Source: a virus (taxonomy: Duplodnaviria; Caudoviricetes). From it: a DNA stretch of 44,955 bases. The stretch is from the IMG/VR virus record IMGVR_UViG_3300017766_003782, positions 1 to 44,955 of that record. One strand, written 5' to 3'. Made by a program: the position numbers and the translations under genes. The notes beneath the pieces were generated by a model that was not told the origin of the DNA, did not search any database, and worked only from the letters and a program-made list of their open reading frames with translations. Below are positions 34,950 to 43,194 of this stretch, one piece after another. Each line of letters opens with the position of its first letter. Positions within the stretch are counted from its first letter, which is position 1.

Positions 34950-35330
34950 TCACTTGGTCGTGGGCGAGATGATCTTGGTGACTTCGGCAATCTTCGCTTT
35001 GGTGTTCTCGAAGATGTACTTGGTGCGGAGGCCGTCGTTGTCGAACTTGCGGTACCGAGCGCGGGCGATCTTCGGGTGGATGCCCATTGCTTTGGCGAGG
35101 GCTGCCAGGGTGAAGACGTCCTTGGCGCCGATGGCGTCGTCGTCGGTCGAGCGAGGCTTGGGCTGCTTAGCCGGTTTGGCGGCGGGTGCAGGAGCGGCGG
35201 CGGCGGCAGCTTCGTTGGCCCGTTCGATGTCGCGGATCATACCGGCGAGGCGGGCGAGCGGGTAGGAGCCCGGCTTGATGGATTTGCCGGAGAGCTCGTT
35301 GTAGCGGGCGGTCAGTTGTGCGTTGGTCAT
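34950..35330 (-). CDS. Hypothetical protein with C-terminal HTH-like domain
   Basis: Own promoter and RBS; TLAALAKAMGIHPKIARARYR. Confidence 0.8.
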   Translation of the reverse strand: MTNAQLTARYNELSGKSIKPGSYPLARLAGMIRDIERANEAAAAAAPAPAAKPAKQPKPRSTDDDAIGAKDVFTLAALAKAMGIHPKIARARYRKFDNDGLRTKYIFENTKAKIAEVTKIISPTTK

Positions 35331-35377
35331 GATGTGGTCCTTCCTCAGGGTGTGGTAGTTGGTTGGTCGATGAAGAT

Positions 35378-35406
35378 ACCATACCGTGATCCACAGGGCA
35401 TGTAAA
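35378..35406 (-). promoter_or_regulatory. Sigma70-type promoter, repeated family
   Basis: TTTACA-N17-TATGGT followed by ATCTTCATCGACCAACC. Confidence 0.8.
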
Positions 35407-35414
35407 TGGAAACC

Positions 35415-35630
35415 CTATCGCTCCGAAAGATTTTTCTTGGGGCCCAAGTTGAAGCGCTCGAGGATGGTTCCCTTGCTGCGACTGAACTTGATGTTCTCGC
35501 GCTCGATGCGGAGGACCAGGTAGTCGGAGGCCATGGCCACAATCTCCCAATCCTTCTTGGCATAGTGCGGCTTGATGCGGGTGTGGGCGGCCTCGGGGAG
35601 AAGCCGCTTGAGTTCCATTGCGCTGCCCAT
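35415..35630 (-). CDS. Hypothetical protein
   Basis: TAATG coupling with the upstream gene. Confidence 0.6.
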   Translation of the reverse strand: MGSAMELKRLLPEAAHTRIKPHYAKKDWEIVAMASDYLVLRIERENIKFSRSKGTILERFNLGPKKNLSER

Positions 35631-36304
35631 TAGCGGACCACCTTGTGCAGGTCGACCTGGTCGCCAGCGACACGCCCGGCGATGACCGCTTCGTGGGACT
35701 TGAGCTTGGGGCCATTGTAGGCTTTGCCCGCTTTGACCTTGCCATCCAGGTACTCAGCAATCTCATTCTGGAGCTGCTCGCGGTGGTTGAAGATCACCAG
35801 GTCGGTGCCAGTGCTGGTGGGCGCCGAGTCGACCAGGTCGTGGCAGCGCTCCCAGACCCGATTGGCAGCGATGTACTTGAACTCCTTGCGCCAGCGGGCG
35901 CGCTCCTTCTGCGTCAGCCCCTTGGGCAGGGCTGCACGGTACAGCTGGTCGATCTGCAGCATCAGGTAGGCGGTGGTGTCCTGGGCCGCTTGCAGATTGT
36001 CGCTCCGGCCGACGAAGAGGAAGAAGGTCTGCTTGGTGTGGTCGGTCCGCATGAGCGGCTTGACCGCGTAGAGATGCGCCGCGGCCTGTGCACAGACGAG
36101 CTGCCAGCGATGGTCAAAGGCGTGGTCGTTGCCCGTGATGACTTCGGGCCGCTCAGACTTGGGCCGCAGCGCGTCCTGGTCGATGCCGTGCTTCATCATC
36201 AATTTGTGAGCGAGCTTGAGCGCCTGCTCGGACTCGTTGTCGTTGGCCTGTCCTTCGGCCATAGCGAGCAGGTTGCGGATCTTGTCGTGGATGGAGTCGG
36301 TCAT
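35630..36304 (-). CDS. DUF2786 family protein
   Basis: KIRNLLAMAE.....ESEQALKLAHKLMMKHGID N-terminus; RBS GAGGAAGGA. Confidence 0.8.
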   Translation of the reverse strand: MTDSIHDKIRNLLAMAEGQANDNESEQALKLAHKLMMKHGIDQDALRPKSERPEVITGNDHAFDHRWQLVCAQAAAHLYAVKPLMRTDHTKQTFFLFVGRSDNLQAAQDTTAYLMLQIDQLYRAALPKGLTQKERARWRKEFKYIAANRVWERCHDLVDSAPTSTGTDLVIFNHREQLQNEIAEYLDGKVKAGKAYNGPKLKSHEAVIAGRVAGDQVDLHKVVR

Positions 36305-36329
36305 GTCAGGTCCTTCCTCAGGTATGGGA

Positions 36330-36518
36330 TTAGTGGGCGATGCGAACGGTGAGCTGGTAGGCAGCGGAGAAGGTTTTTGCGACTGCTTCGGCCTGCTCCT
36401 TGGTGTCGAAGCGGCGAGCGTCTGCCCGAGCGGTGGTGAGCTCGTGGTCAGCGTTGACGAATTTCATCGAGACTGCCAGAGCGATGTCGGAGCGGGTCGT
36501 GATGATGAACTTGGTCAT
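36330..36518 (-). CDS. Hypothetical protein
   Basis: Own promoter and leader; ARRFDTKEQAE. Confidence 0.7.
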   Translation of the reverse strand: MTKFIITTRSDIALAVSMKFVNADHELTTARADARRFDTKEQAEAVAKTFSAAYQLTVRIAH

Positions 36519-36559
36519 GTCGTGTTTCCTTCTTCAGGTATTGGTCAGTTGGTATAGAT

Positions 36560-36588
36560 ACATTACCCGCTGACCGGCAGGATGTAAA
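36560..36588 (-). promoter_or_regulatory. Sigma70-type promoter, repeated family
   Basis: TTTACA-N17-TAATGT-ATCT. Confidence 0.8.
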
Positions 36589-36763
36589 TGATCTTTACGA
36601 GGATAGAGATGGCAATCAGGAGACCGCCGCTGGTCAGCATGACGAACACGCCCCGCTTGTACTTGATGTAGTTCCAGTCGAGCAGGTAGTAGATCGAGTA
36701 GGTGCCCGAAGTGACACCAATGATCATGAGCAGCACAGTCAGGGTTTCAATGAGGTCAAGCAT
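36563..36763 (-). CDS. Small two-TM membrane protein
   Basis: RBS AAGGAG; two hydrophobic segments. Confidence 0.6.
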   Translation of the reverse strand: MLDLIETLTVLLMIIGVTSGTYSIYYLLDWNYIKYKRGVFVMLTSGGLLIAISILVKIIYILPVSG

Positions 36764-36959
36764 GGTTATCTCCTTGGTCAATCGGGGGCGGGCTGCCCAG
36801 GGGTTGGTTGTTGGCGATGTACTGCTGGAAGGCAGTGGCGGGGGTACCGTTGTTGGCGAGGATAGCCTCTGCCACACGGTCGACGTCGCGAGCGCTGAGA
36901 CGGGCCTCGAGGCAGATGCGGGCGAACTGTCGTTGGATGTCGCGGCTGATGTAACGCAT
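36756..36959 (-). CDS. Hypothetical protein
   Basis: MRYISRDIQRQF...; tightly packed between neighbours. Confidence 0.6.
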   Translation of the reverse strand: MRYISRDIQRQFARICLEARLSARDVDRVAEAILANNGTPATAFQQYIANNQPLGSPPPIDQGDNHA

Positions 36960-36960
36960 G

Positions 36961-37119
36961 TCAGGTGCTCCGGTACGCGTTGATCCACAGGTAGAGTGTG
37001 GAGACTGCAATGTTGAAGTGTTGGGCGACCTGGCGCTTGGGCAGGTGCTCGGCGAGGGAGATGGCTGCCAGCCGAAGCTCGACCGGCAGACCATAGTCGG
37101 GGTGGAACGGGTTGCGCAT
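36961..37119 (-). CDS. Small HTH protein
   Basis: PKRQVAQHFNIAVSTLYLWI classic HTH; TAATG coupling. Confidence 0.7.
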   Translation of the reverse strand: MRNPFHPDYGLPVELRLAAISLAEHLPKRQVAQHFNIAVSTLYLWINAYRST

Positions 37120-37361
37120 TATGCGGGTTCCCGAGTGATGACGATGGTTTCGAAGTCGTCCTCGAGCTCGAAGCCTTCGTCGGTGAACTGCTTGAGCAGG
37201 GCCATCGCATCGTCGCAGCGGACGGTGAATGTCGAGAAGGCGTGGGTCTGGTAGAACTTGAGGGTCTTCAGCTGGTCCATGGTCAGGACCCGGCCGTTGA
37301 TGTGCCCGATGATGCGGCTGGTGCCGATGTCGGTGCGGAGGGTGAATGAGACGTAGGCCAT
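37119..37361 (-). CDS. Hypothetical protein
   Basis: RBS within CCTGAGGAAGGA. Confidence 0.7.
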   Translation of the reverse strand: MAYVSFTLRTDIGTSRIIGHINGRVLTMDQLKTLKFYQTHAFSTFTVRCDDAMALLKQFTDEGFELEDDFETIVITREPA

Positions 37362-37375
37362 GGTAGGTTCCTTCC

Positions 37376-37573
37376 TCAGGATTTGGCGTTGATGATGTAG
37401 GCGGTTTTGTCGGTGTGCTCAATCGTGCAGCGATTGTAGAACTTCCGCAGGTCGCGGGTCTCGTGGGCGTGCAGGACGTCGTAGGCGATAGCAACCCCGT
37501 CGGCAGTGATTTCGATGTGGGCTGCCGGGATCCCGAGGGAGACGAGCTTTGCTTTGATTTCCAGGTGGGTCAT
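37376..37573 (-). CDS. Hypothetical protein
   Basis: Own promoter and CCTGAGGAAGGA leader; MTHLEIKAKL. Confidence 0.7.
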   Translation of the reverse strand: MTHLEIKAKLVSLGIPAAHIEITADGVAIAYDVLHAHETRDLRKFYNRCTIEHTDKTAYIINAKS

Positions 37574-37613
37574 GTCGTGTTCCTTCCTCAGGTATTGGTC
37601 AGTCAGTAAAGAT

Positions 37614-37642
37614 ACCATAGACCCAATCTTGGTGGATGTAAA
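37614..37642 (-). promoter_or_regulatory. Sigma70-type promoter, repeated family
   Basis: TTTACA-N17-TATGGT-ATCT. Confidence 0.8.
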
Positions 37643-37644
37643 TG

Positions 37645-37845
37645 CTAATCCTGTCGGGTGTTGAGCTGCTCGCGGAGGAGTAGGGCGAGGCGCTGGATGT
37701 GGGCAGCTGTGGCCTTTGCCTCCTCGGTGGCACTGGTCGAGGCGATGATGCCATTGCACTGCGAGACCATCATGGCAGCGTGGCCCATCATGGCATTGTG
37801 GCGGTAGATCCTCAGCTTCTTGACTTGGCCTTCGGTGGTCGTCAT
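37645..37845 (-). CDS. Hypothetical protein
   Basis: RBS AGGAG; overlap-coupled to the upstream gene. Confidence 0.65.
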   Translation of the reverse strand: MTTTEGQVKKLRIYRHNAMMGHAAMMVSQCNGIIASTSATEEAKATAAHIQRLALLLREQLNTRQD

Positions 37846-38213
37846 AGGTCGTCTCCTAGTTTGTCAGCTGCTCGTCTGGCAGCGTTCTCTTGTTGGGCTA
37901 TGCGTTTCATGACTGCGAGGACGATGCGCTCCTGGGCTAGCGCCCCGCGCTTCAGGCTCGTGCGTACTTCTCTGGGCGGCCGGTCGATGTACCTGGCGAG
38001 AGCGGCGAGCGATGGGAACTTCTGACCTGCCACTGTGATGGGCTTGGGCGGCAGTCCTCCTTTCGGGTTGCGCTTGACCTTACCCCGGCCGAGACCGATG
38101 CTGTCGGGATCGCGGCGGATGATGGCATCGTAGACCGTGGCGATTGTCACATTGTGGGCAGCGGCTGCTGCGTGCACATCGGGGTACTCCACACCACGGA
38201 TCAACACCCTCAT
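37842..38213 (-). CDS. Protein with two NUMOD1-like DNA-binding repeats
   Basis: IRGVEYPDVHAAAAAHNV and ITVAGQKFPSLAALARYI; ATGA overlap. Confidence 0.65.
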   Translation of the reverse strand: MRVLIRGVEYPDVHAAAAAHNVTIATVYDAIIRRDPDSIGLGRGKVKRNPKGGLPPKPITVAGQKFPSLAALARYIDRPPREVRTSLKRGALAQERIVLAVMKRIAQQENAARRAADKLGDDL

Positions 38214-38449
38214 GGCAGGCGAGTGTCCTCGGTCGCGTAGTGGGCGGAGAAAGCGCGCAGACCCTCTTCGGTCTTGAAGCGCCACTCGGTGTAGTCGGGC
38301 AAGGGTGCACAGATGAATGCAACCTCGAACAGATGGAACTGGACCACCTTCGGGTTGACTGATCCCCGCTTGAGCTGGATGGAATACGGGTAGTCGACCT
38401 GGTGCTGGTCGAGGAAGCGCTGGTTGTGTTCGGCGACAGATGGTTGCAT
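38210..38449 (-). CDS. Hypothetical protein
   Basis: RBS AAGGAG. Confidence 0.65.
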   Translation of the reverse strand: MQPSVAEHNQRFLDQHQVDYPYSIQLKRGSVNPKVVQFHLFEVAFICAPLPDYTEWRFKTEEGLRAFSAHYATEDTRLP

Positions 38450-38521
38450 GGTAGACTCCTTGTGGGTGGCAGGTCCTCAGTCGGATGGGAAGGATACCGG
38501 TTCGCCCTGCCTCTGGTGTTA

Positions 38522-38749
38522 TTAAGCGACCCCCAGCTGCGCTGTGATCAGATAGTGGATGAGCTTGAAGATCAGCATGTAGGTGATGAAGCCGAAGGCG
38601 AAGATGGCGGGCCATGGGTTCTTGTCGATCTTGGTGATGATGAACATGAGCAGCACAACCAGCATGCCTTCGTAAGCGGGTGCCCCCGCCAGGTAAGCGA
38701 GCAGAGCACCGCCTATCCAGGTAGTGAGCGGAAGCACCCAGAGGATCAT
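38522..38749 (-). CDS. Small multi-TM membrane protein
   Basis: Almost entirely hydrophobic; ATGA overlap. Confidence 0.65.
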   Translation of the reverse strand: MILWVLPLTTWIGGALLAYLAGAPAYEGMLVVLLMFIITKIDKNPWPAIFAFGFITYMLIFKLIHYLITAQLGVA

Positions 38750-39123
38750 TTTTCCCCGCGCTTGATGGCTTCGACCACGGCGTAGTCAAGGTGTGCGTTG
38801 ACCGGCAGCTGGCCGAGAGCGATCAGGTACCAGTCATAGTGCTGGTTGACCTTGGCCAGTTGGTACCCAGCGCGGAAGTGCCGGATGATGGGCAGGCGAA
38901 GCAGCCAGTGGGCTTTTGGTACAGCGGCCAGGTAGTCCGCGATCTGCTTGTTCTTGAGCCCCTCAGCTGCTGCTGCTTCGAGCTCTTCGAGGCGCTTGTC
39001 ATGGCGCTCGTGTGTTGCCGCCTCGCGGTCGAGGATTGACTTGACCATGTCCTCGTGGTCGGTGTTCAGGACATAGAGCCCCTCAAGGTCAGGCTCGCCC
39101 TGCTCGTTGTATCTCTGTATCAT
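38746..39123 (-). CDS. Hypothetical protein
   Basis: RBS GGAGAGGG; coiled-coil middle. Confidence 0.65.
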   Translation of the reverse strand: MIQRYNEQGEPDLEGLYVLNTDHEDMVKSILDREAATHERHDKRLEELEAAAAEGLKNKQIADYLAAVPKAHWLLRLPIIRHFRAGYQLAKVNQHYDWYLIALGQLPVNAHLDYAVVEAIKRGEK

Positions 39124-39137
39124 ATCCCTCTCCTGTG

Positions 39138-39284
39138 TTAGTCGTGGATCTGTACCCACTGAACGAAGTACCGGTTGCTGGTCGTGTCCTCGCAGTCCAT
39201 GTGCTGGAAGGTCCCGTCCTGCTGACGTATCTTATAGTAGATGCGCCCGTTGGCGATGCGCAACTTGCTGAGGTCGTATGTCAT
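39138..39284 (-). CDS. Small hypothetical protein (48 aa, absent from the ORF track)
   Basis: MTYDLSKLRIANGRIYYKIRQQDGTFQHMDCEDTTSNRYFVQWVQIHD; ATGA overlap with the upstream gene; fills the gap. Confidence 0.55.
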   Translation of the reverse strand: MTYDLSKLRIANGRIYYKIRQQDGTFQHMDCEDTTSNRYFVQWVQIHD

Positions 39285-39577
39285 GGAGGGTTCATCCTTG
39301 CCCAGCAGGTGCCATAGGCGTAGCCGTAGATGTCTTCGGGGCTGAGCATGGCATTCTGGAAAGCGCCAGCCACAAGATGCCGAAGAGCGCGCAGGTCAGC
39401 GGGTGTCGCGTTGCTGGGCACATGGGTGAGCAGCTCGAGCATGACCTCAGAGGCCGTCATACCACGGTCTCGCAGCTGAGCCGCGTACTCGGCGATGATG
39501 GCGAAGTCCTCGCAGGGATCAGCAGCCGCAGGTGTGGCAACCAGGAGCAGGATTGGGATGAGGATTGAACGGATCAT
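39281..39577 (-). CDS. Exported protein with signal peptide
   Basis: MIRSILIPILLLVATPAAA|DPC; Cys near each end. Confidence 0.7.
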   Translation of the reverse strand: MIRSILIPILLLVATPAAADPCEDFAIIAEYAAQLRDRGMTASEVMLELLTHVPSNATPADLRALRHLVAGAFQNAMLSPEDIYGYAYGTCWARMNPP

Positions 39578-39753
39578 CTCAGCAGCGCCCACACGAGCCA
39601 GGCAACCAGCGTGATGATGATGCAGACCAGCAACCTGAATGCATCTGCGATGCTGCCCAGCGGATGGTATGGGTCGCTGTTCCAGAAGGCATAGCATATG
39701 GTTGCCAGGGTGAGGATTGCTGGCAGAAGCCACCAGCCGAGGGTAATGGTCAT
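39574..39753 (-). CDS. Small two-TM membrane protein
   Basis: RBS GGAGG; MTITLGWWLLP...; ATGA overlaps. Confidence 0.65.
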   Translation of the reverse strand: MTITLGWWLLPAILTLATICYAFWNSDPYHPLGSIADAFRLLVCIIITLVAWLVWALLR

Positions 39754-40325
39754 TGCGCGTCCTCCGCGTGTTGCGGGCAGTACTGGCCCGTCGTGCAGGT
39801 GCATGGAACCGGTGCTGGCTGCGTGAGACGCCGTATGGCCCCGATCACGTGCTCTGCTGTGCTGTACTCCTCGCAGGCGGACTCAGCGACGGCCAGAACA
39901 TCCTCCAGCACAGCCCGGCGGATCTCCTTGGTGGCTATCTCCTGTGTAACCGATGTCAGGACCTGGCCCATGACGCCCTCGAGGATCCTGTTGATAGCCT
40001 CGGGGCTGAGCTGCTTGTCGGTTGTGATGGCGGGCTGCTTGACCAGGCGCTTGGCCTCGGAGTATCGCTCGGCGAGCTTACCAGTCGACTGAGAGAAGCC
40101 CTCGCAGCCTTCGTGGCTTTCAAGGTCGTCGATGTAGGCGTCAGCGGCCTGAAGCAGGAGGCCCCAGTTGGTGGTCGGCAGCTCGAGGATGTGCAGCCAG
40201 GCGCCATGCGGGTCGATGCGCATGCCGTTGTCAGTCGAGCAGTAGCGGTTCACTCCGCCCAGGTAGTCGAGCGGGTTGAACATGGTGAGCGAGTTGTCTT
40301 TAGTGCCTTCCCTTACGATAGTCAT
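39750..40325 (-). CDS. Hypothetical protein
   Basis: Coupled ORF; C-terminal CxC..CxxH. Confidence 0.6.
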   Translation of the reverse strand: MTIVREGTKDNSLTMFNPLDYLGGVNRYCSTDNGMRIDPHGAWLHILELPTTNWGLLLQAADAYIDDLESHEGCEGFSQSTGKLAERYSEAKRLVKQPAITTDKQLSPEAINRILEGVMGQVLTSVTQEIATKEIRRAVLEDVLAVAESACEEYSTAEHVIGAIRRLTQPAPVPCTCTTGQYCPQHAEDAQ

Positions 40326-40501
40326 GATGGGGCTCCCACAGGTGAACAGTGATAGGTTGCTTGCAGGTCGAGGTTGGCGTAGATGACTTCGATCTTCGGT
40401 ATCGCCGCCGAGCAGGCCTCGAGTGATGGGAAGGGAAGCGCGAACTGGAGCTCGTCCAGGTCACCGCCGTCGAACCAGATGATGAGGACGAACCAGCTCA
40501 T
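40322..40501 (-). CDS. Small hypothetical protein (59 aa, absent from the ORF track)
   Basis: MSWFVLIIWFDGGDLDELQFALPFPSLEACSAA...HCSP; ATGA overlap at 40322. Confidence 0.6.
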   Translation of the reverse strand: MSWFVLIIWFDGGDLDELQFALPFPSLEACSAAIPKIEVIYANLDLQATYHCSPVGAPS

Positions 40502-40514
40502 GCTTCCCTACCCC

Positions 40515-41003
40515 TCAGTTACCGCCGAGGACGAAAGACATGCCCAGCGCCCAGGCAGTGTCGCCAGAGCTGCTGTGGGCAACCACGGCGTAGATGTCTG
40601 CACGGTCGCTGATGCCGTAGCGCAGCCCCATGGCAACCGAGTCGACCGAGGACTGACCTGCCAGAGCAATCGCGCCGGTCAGCTGCTTGGCTTCAGGTGT
40701 GCGGGTCTGGAGGAAGGCCCAAGTAGCGCCATCGGTACCATCGCGGCCGTCGCGGCCATCAGCGCCGTTGAGACCGTCGATACCGGGTGCGCCGTCGAGG
40801 CCAGGAGCGCCATCAGCGCCAGGGGCACCATCTTGACCGGCAGGGCCTTGAGGGCCAGCAGGACCAGCGGGGCCGGTCGGACCAGGCGGGCCTTGCAGGT
40901 CGCAGAACACAGCGTTCCCACGGGAGCAGGGCTTTTCAGTGGCGAAGGAGGAGTGCGCCATCAGAGCGGAGACGATGACGACGGAAGTGAAAAGAAGTTT
41001 CAT
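40515..41003 (-). CDS. Signal peptide, collagen-like repeat and YadA-like anchor protein
   Basis: Sec signal; 19 uninterrupted Gly-X-Y triplets; C-terminal four amphipathic strands ending ALGMSFVL. Confidence 0.75.
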   Translation of the reverse strand: MKLLFTSVVIVSALMAHSSFATEKPCSRGNAVFCDLQGPPGPTGPAGPAGPQGPAGQDGAPGADGAPGLDGAPGIDGLNGADGRDGRDGTDGATWAFLQTRTPEAKQLTGAIALAGQSSVDSVAMGLRYGISDRADIYAVVAHSSSGDTAWALGMSFVLGGN

Positions 41004-41260
41004 TAGTAGGTCCTCGGTTGCTCGGCAGGGGAAGGTCCGCCCTGCTCGAAGGTTGCGTCGATGGTGACATAGGGCTTATCGCCCACGATCTGGATGCGAT
41101 TGGTGTCGAACCAGCGCCCGTCCTGCACAGAGTTGTCTTCCTTGGCAGGTGGGGTGAGGCAGACCTGGTCGCAGCCCGTCATGTAGGCAGCAGCCCCGGT
41201 GATGATGCCCTGGAACCCAGTGATGAGGTCCTTGGCCCAGTATCCGAAGTGTCGTTTCAT
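41003..41260 (-). CDS. Conserved phage hypothetical protein
   Basis: [13 protein letters not shown]...YMTGCDQ..L.P...WFD..R; TAATG coupling. Confidence 0.7.
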   Translation of the reverse strand: MKRHFGYWAKDLITGFQGIITGAAAYMTGCDQVCLTPPAKEDNSVQDGRWFDTNRIQIVGDKPYVTIDATFEQGGPSPAEQPRTY

Positions 41261-41336
41261 GTTGTGTTCCCATGGGATGTTAAGTGGAGGCAGGTTAATC
41301 GAAGACGAGCGGGTTTGTCAGTAGGAAACTTCTGGG

Positions 41337-41789
41337 CTATATGCGGACGCCGAATTGGTCGAAGCCCATCTTGATGCGCAGTGCGCGGTCGGGCTCGGGA
41401 TCGTGTGCCCAGTGGAGGAGCGCCTGGCGCTGGCCACGACGACGTTGTGGGTCACCGAGGCCATAGCGGATGATTTGCTGGGAGTGGCGCCGGAAGTTGT
41501 TCCAGCGGGTGATCTGCCAGTGGTCGAGGTCGGGGATGCGTCGACCCTGGTGATAGCGGCAGTACCACTGGAACCACCCGAGCGGGTCCTCAGGCGTGAT
41601 CCAGCCGCGGTCCAGCCAGTACTGTCGGGGCTTGCTGATACCCGGCTTGTAGTAGTTATGTTTGGTGACCTGGTCGAGGGGTATCGGGCAGGACGCTGGG
41701 TCGTTGGCGAAGTAGGTGCCGTCAAATATGCCCATGCGCAAGAGGGTGGCTGGGTCTGCCCAAGGCTTGAACTCTGGTGTGGGTCTCAT
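41337..41789 (-). CDS. Conserved Trp/Arg-rich protein of unknown function
   Basis: GIFDGTYF, W...GWI...DPLGWFQWYCRY..GRR..D...QI.RW, RQALLHWA. Confidence 0.75.
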   Translation of the reverse strand: MRPTPEFKPWADPATLLRMGIFDGTYFANDPASCPIPLDQVTKHNYYKPGISKPRQYWLDRGWITPEDPLGWFQWYCRYHQGRRIPDLDHWQITRWNNFRRHSQQIIRYGLGDPQRRRGQRQALLHWAHDPEPDRALRIKMGFDQFGVRI

Positions 41790-41983
41790 GCGATGGGGCT
41801 TTCGTCGAAGATCCAGCGCTCGAGCTCGTCGACCTTGTCGGCCCAGATGGCGAAGTCCTCAGCGCAGCGTCCTTGTGCGCGTTCGGGTTCGTCGAGGCCG
41901 AAGAGCTCACTTGCAGACTTGAGCTTGGCGAGTGCCTCATGTGCGAGCTGGCGCTGCATGGCGATGCGGGTGCGTTGGTTCAT
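41786..41983 (-). CDS. Hypothetical protein
   Basis: RBS GGAG; ATGA overlaps. Confidence 0.65.
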   Translation of the reverse strand: MNQRTRIAMQRQLAHEALAKLKSASELFGLDEPERAQGRCAEDFAIWADKVDELERWIFDESPIA

Positions 41984-42240
41984 GCGAGTGACTCCAGGTA
42001 GTCAGCAAGCGCGGTCAGGTACTCCTCGTGGGTCGACGAGTGAGACTTGCGCTTGCGCTGCTTGTCTGCCAGCTTGCGGATTGCTTCGCGCAGCTTGGCC
42101 TCAGTGGTAGGGCGCACAGGCTGGTGACCCCGCACGATCTGGCGGAGGTAGGCTTTACCGATGCCCATCTGTCGAGCAACGGAGTCGAGGGTAATGCCCA
42201 CAGCCTGTAGGCGCTGAAGTGTCAAAGTAAAGTCTCCCAT
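41980..42240 (-). CDS. Cro/XRE-like HTH protein
   Basis: GITLDSVARQMGIGKAYLRQIVRG...P; RBS AGGAGG; own promoter. Confidence 0.75.
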   Translation of the reverse strand: MGDFTLTLQRLQAVGITLDSVARQMGIGKAYLRQIVRGHQPVRPTTEAKLREAIRKLADKQRKRKSHSSTHEEYLTALADYLESLA

Positions 42241-42267
42241 GGTTTCCTCCTAGTGGGTGATTTTCCG

Positions 42268-42296
42268 TTATTACCAGTAAATGAGCAGAGAGTCAA
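42268..42296 (-). promoter_or_regulatory. Sigma70-type promoter
   Basis: TTGACT-N17-TAATAA. Confidence 0.65.
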
Positions 42297-42311
42297 CAGA
42301 AGCGCTTCCCT

Positions 42312-42570
42312 CGCGTGCGCTCGCGCGTACGTAAACCCCGTTTTCTGACATTTATGGTCGCCATTTATAACATACCGTGTCTTATACCGGATCTATATCA
42401 GTATTATAAATGCCAGCCATAAATGTCAGACATGGCCATGTATAATTTTAGTATATGCCGGGCTTTATAATTTCTATTAACCCCTTGTAATAGCCCATTC
42501 TTTCCCATTAATATATAAATAAAATAATAATACTACTACAATTGACGTGTACGTGTACGCGCGTACGTGA
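42312..42570. other. Putative replication origin
   Basis: Only markedly AT-rich non-coding tract; 27-bp inverted repeat 42344-42370/42404-42430; CGCGCGTACGT at both flanks. Confidence 0.6.
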
Positions 42571-42586
42571 GTGGGTGAGTGAGGCG

Positions 42587-43135
42587 CTAGAGCGCCCCAC
42601 GTATCTGCTTGATGATGGCCGATGGGTCAGCCCAGGACCAGCCATGGTCAGGCTTGGGGGTGTTGAGCTTGCGGAGGATCTGACGGGCAGTGCGTGGGTC
42701 GATGTTCAGCTGCTCGGCGATGTCTGCAATGGATGTCATCCCATCTGTGGACGGACGAGGGGTACGCTCTGCCTTGGGCTTGCGCTCCTTGGGTGTGGGC
42801 TGCTCAGTCGTGGGTGGGTCGTAGTGTGTGGGTGTAGCGCGGATCTGGCGAGCAAGGGATGGGTAAGGCTCGGGTAGGGTCATGGACTGCGTGCACTCAG
42901 CAATCTCCTCGAGCTTCGAGCAGCTGATGGTCAGTTCGAGTGTGGGCACGTAGATGTGGTAGTCGGACTTCCAGGTGTAGTCGTCGTCACGGATGACCTG
43001 GTCGAGGAACATCTTGGATGCGACTGCTGTGCAGAAGCCGTGGATGGCAAGGCCGCGTGGTGAGTCGAAGCGGAGGACGTAGACAGGAGGACGGGCAGGA
43101 GAGCTGGAGAAGTGCTCGGTGATTTGGCTTTTCAT
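42587..43135 (-). CDS. Hypothetical protein with C-terminal HTH-like domain
   Basis: RBS AAGGA; SIADIAEQLNIDPRTARQILRK...WSW. Confidence 0.7.
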   Translation of the reverse strand: MKSQITEHFSSSPARPPVYVLRFDSPRGLAIHGFCTAVASKMFLDQVIRDDDYTWKSDYHIYVPTLELTISCSKLEEIAECTQSMTLPEPYPSLARQIRATPTHYDPPTTEQPTPKERKPKAERTPRPSTDGMTSIADIAEQLNIDPRTARQILRKLNTPKPDHGWSWADPSAIIKQIRGAL

Positions 43136-43194
43136 GATCGTGATCCTTTGCTGCAGGATGGAATAGCGGAACAGTCCGCGCTCGTAGGTCTCTG

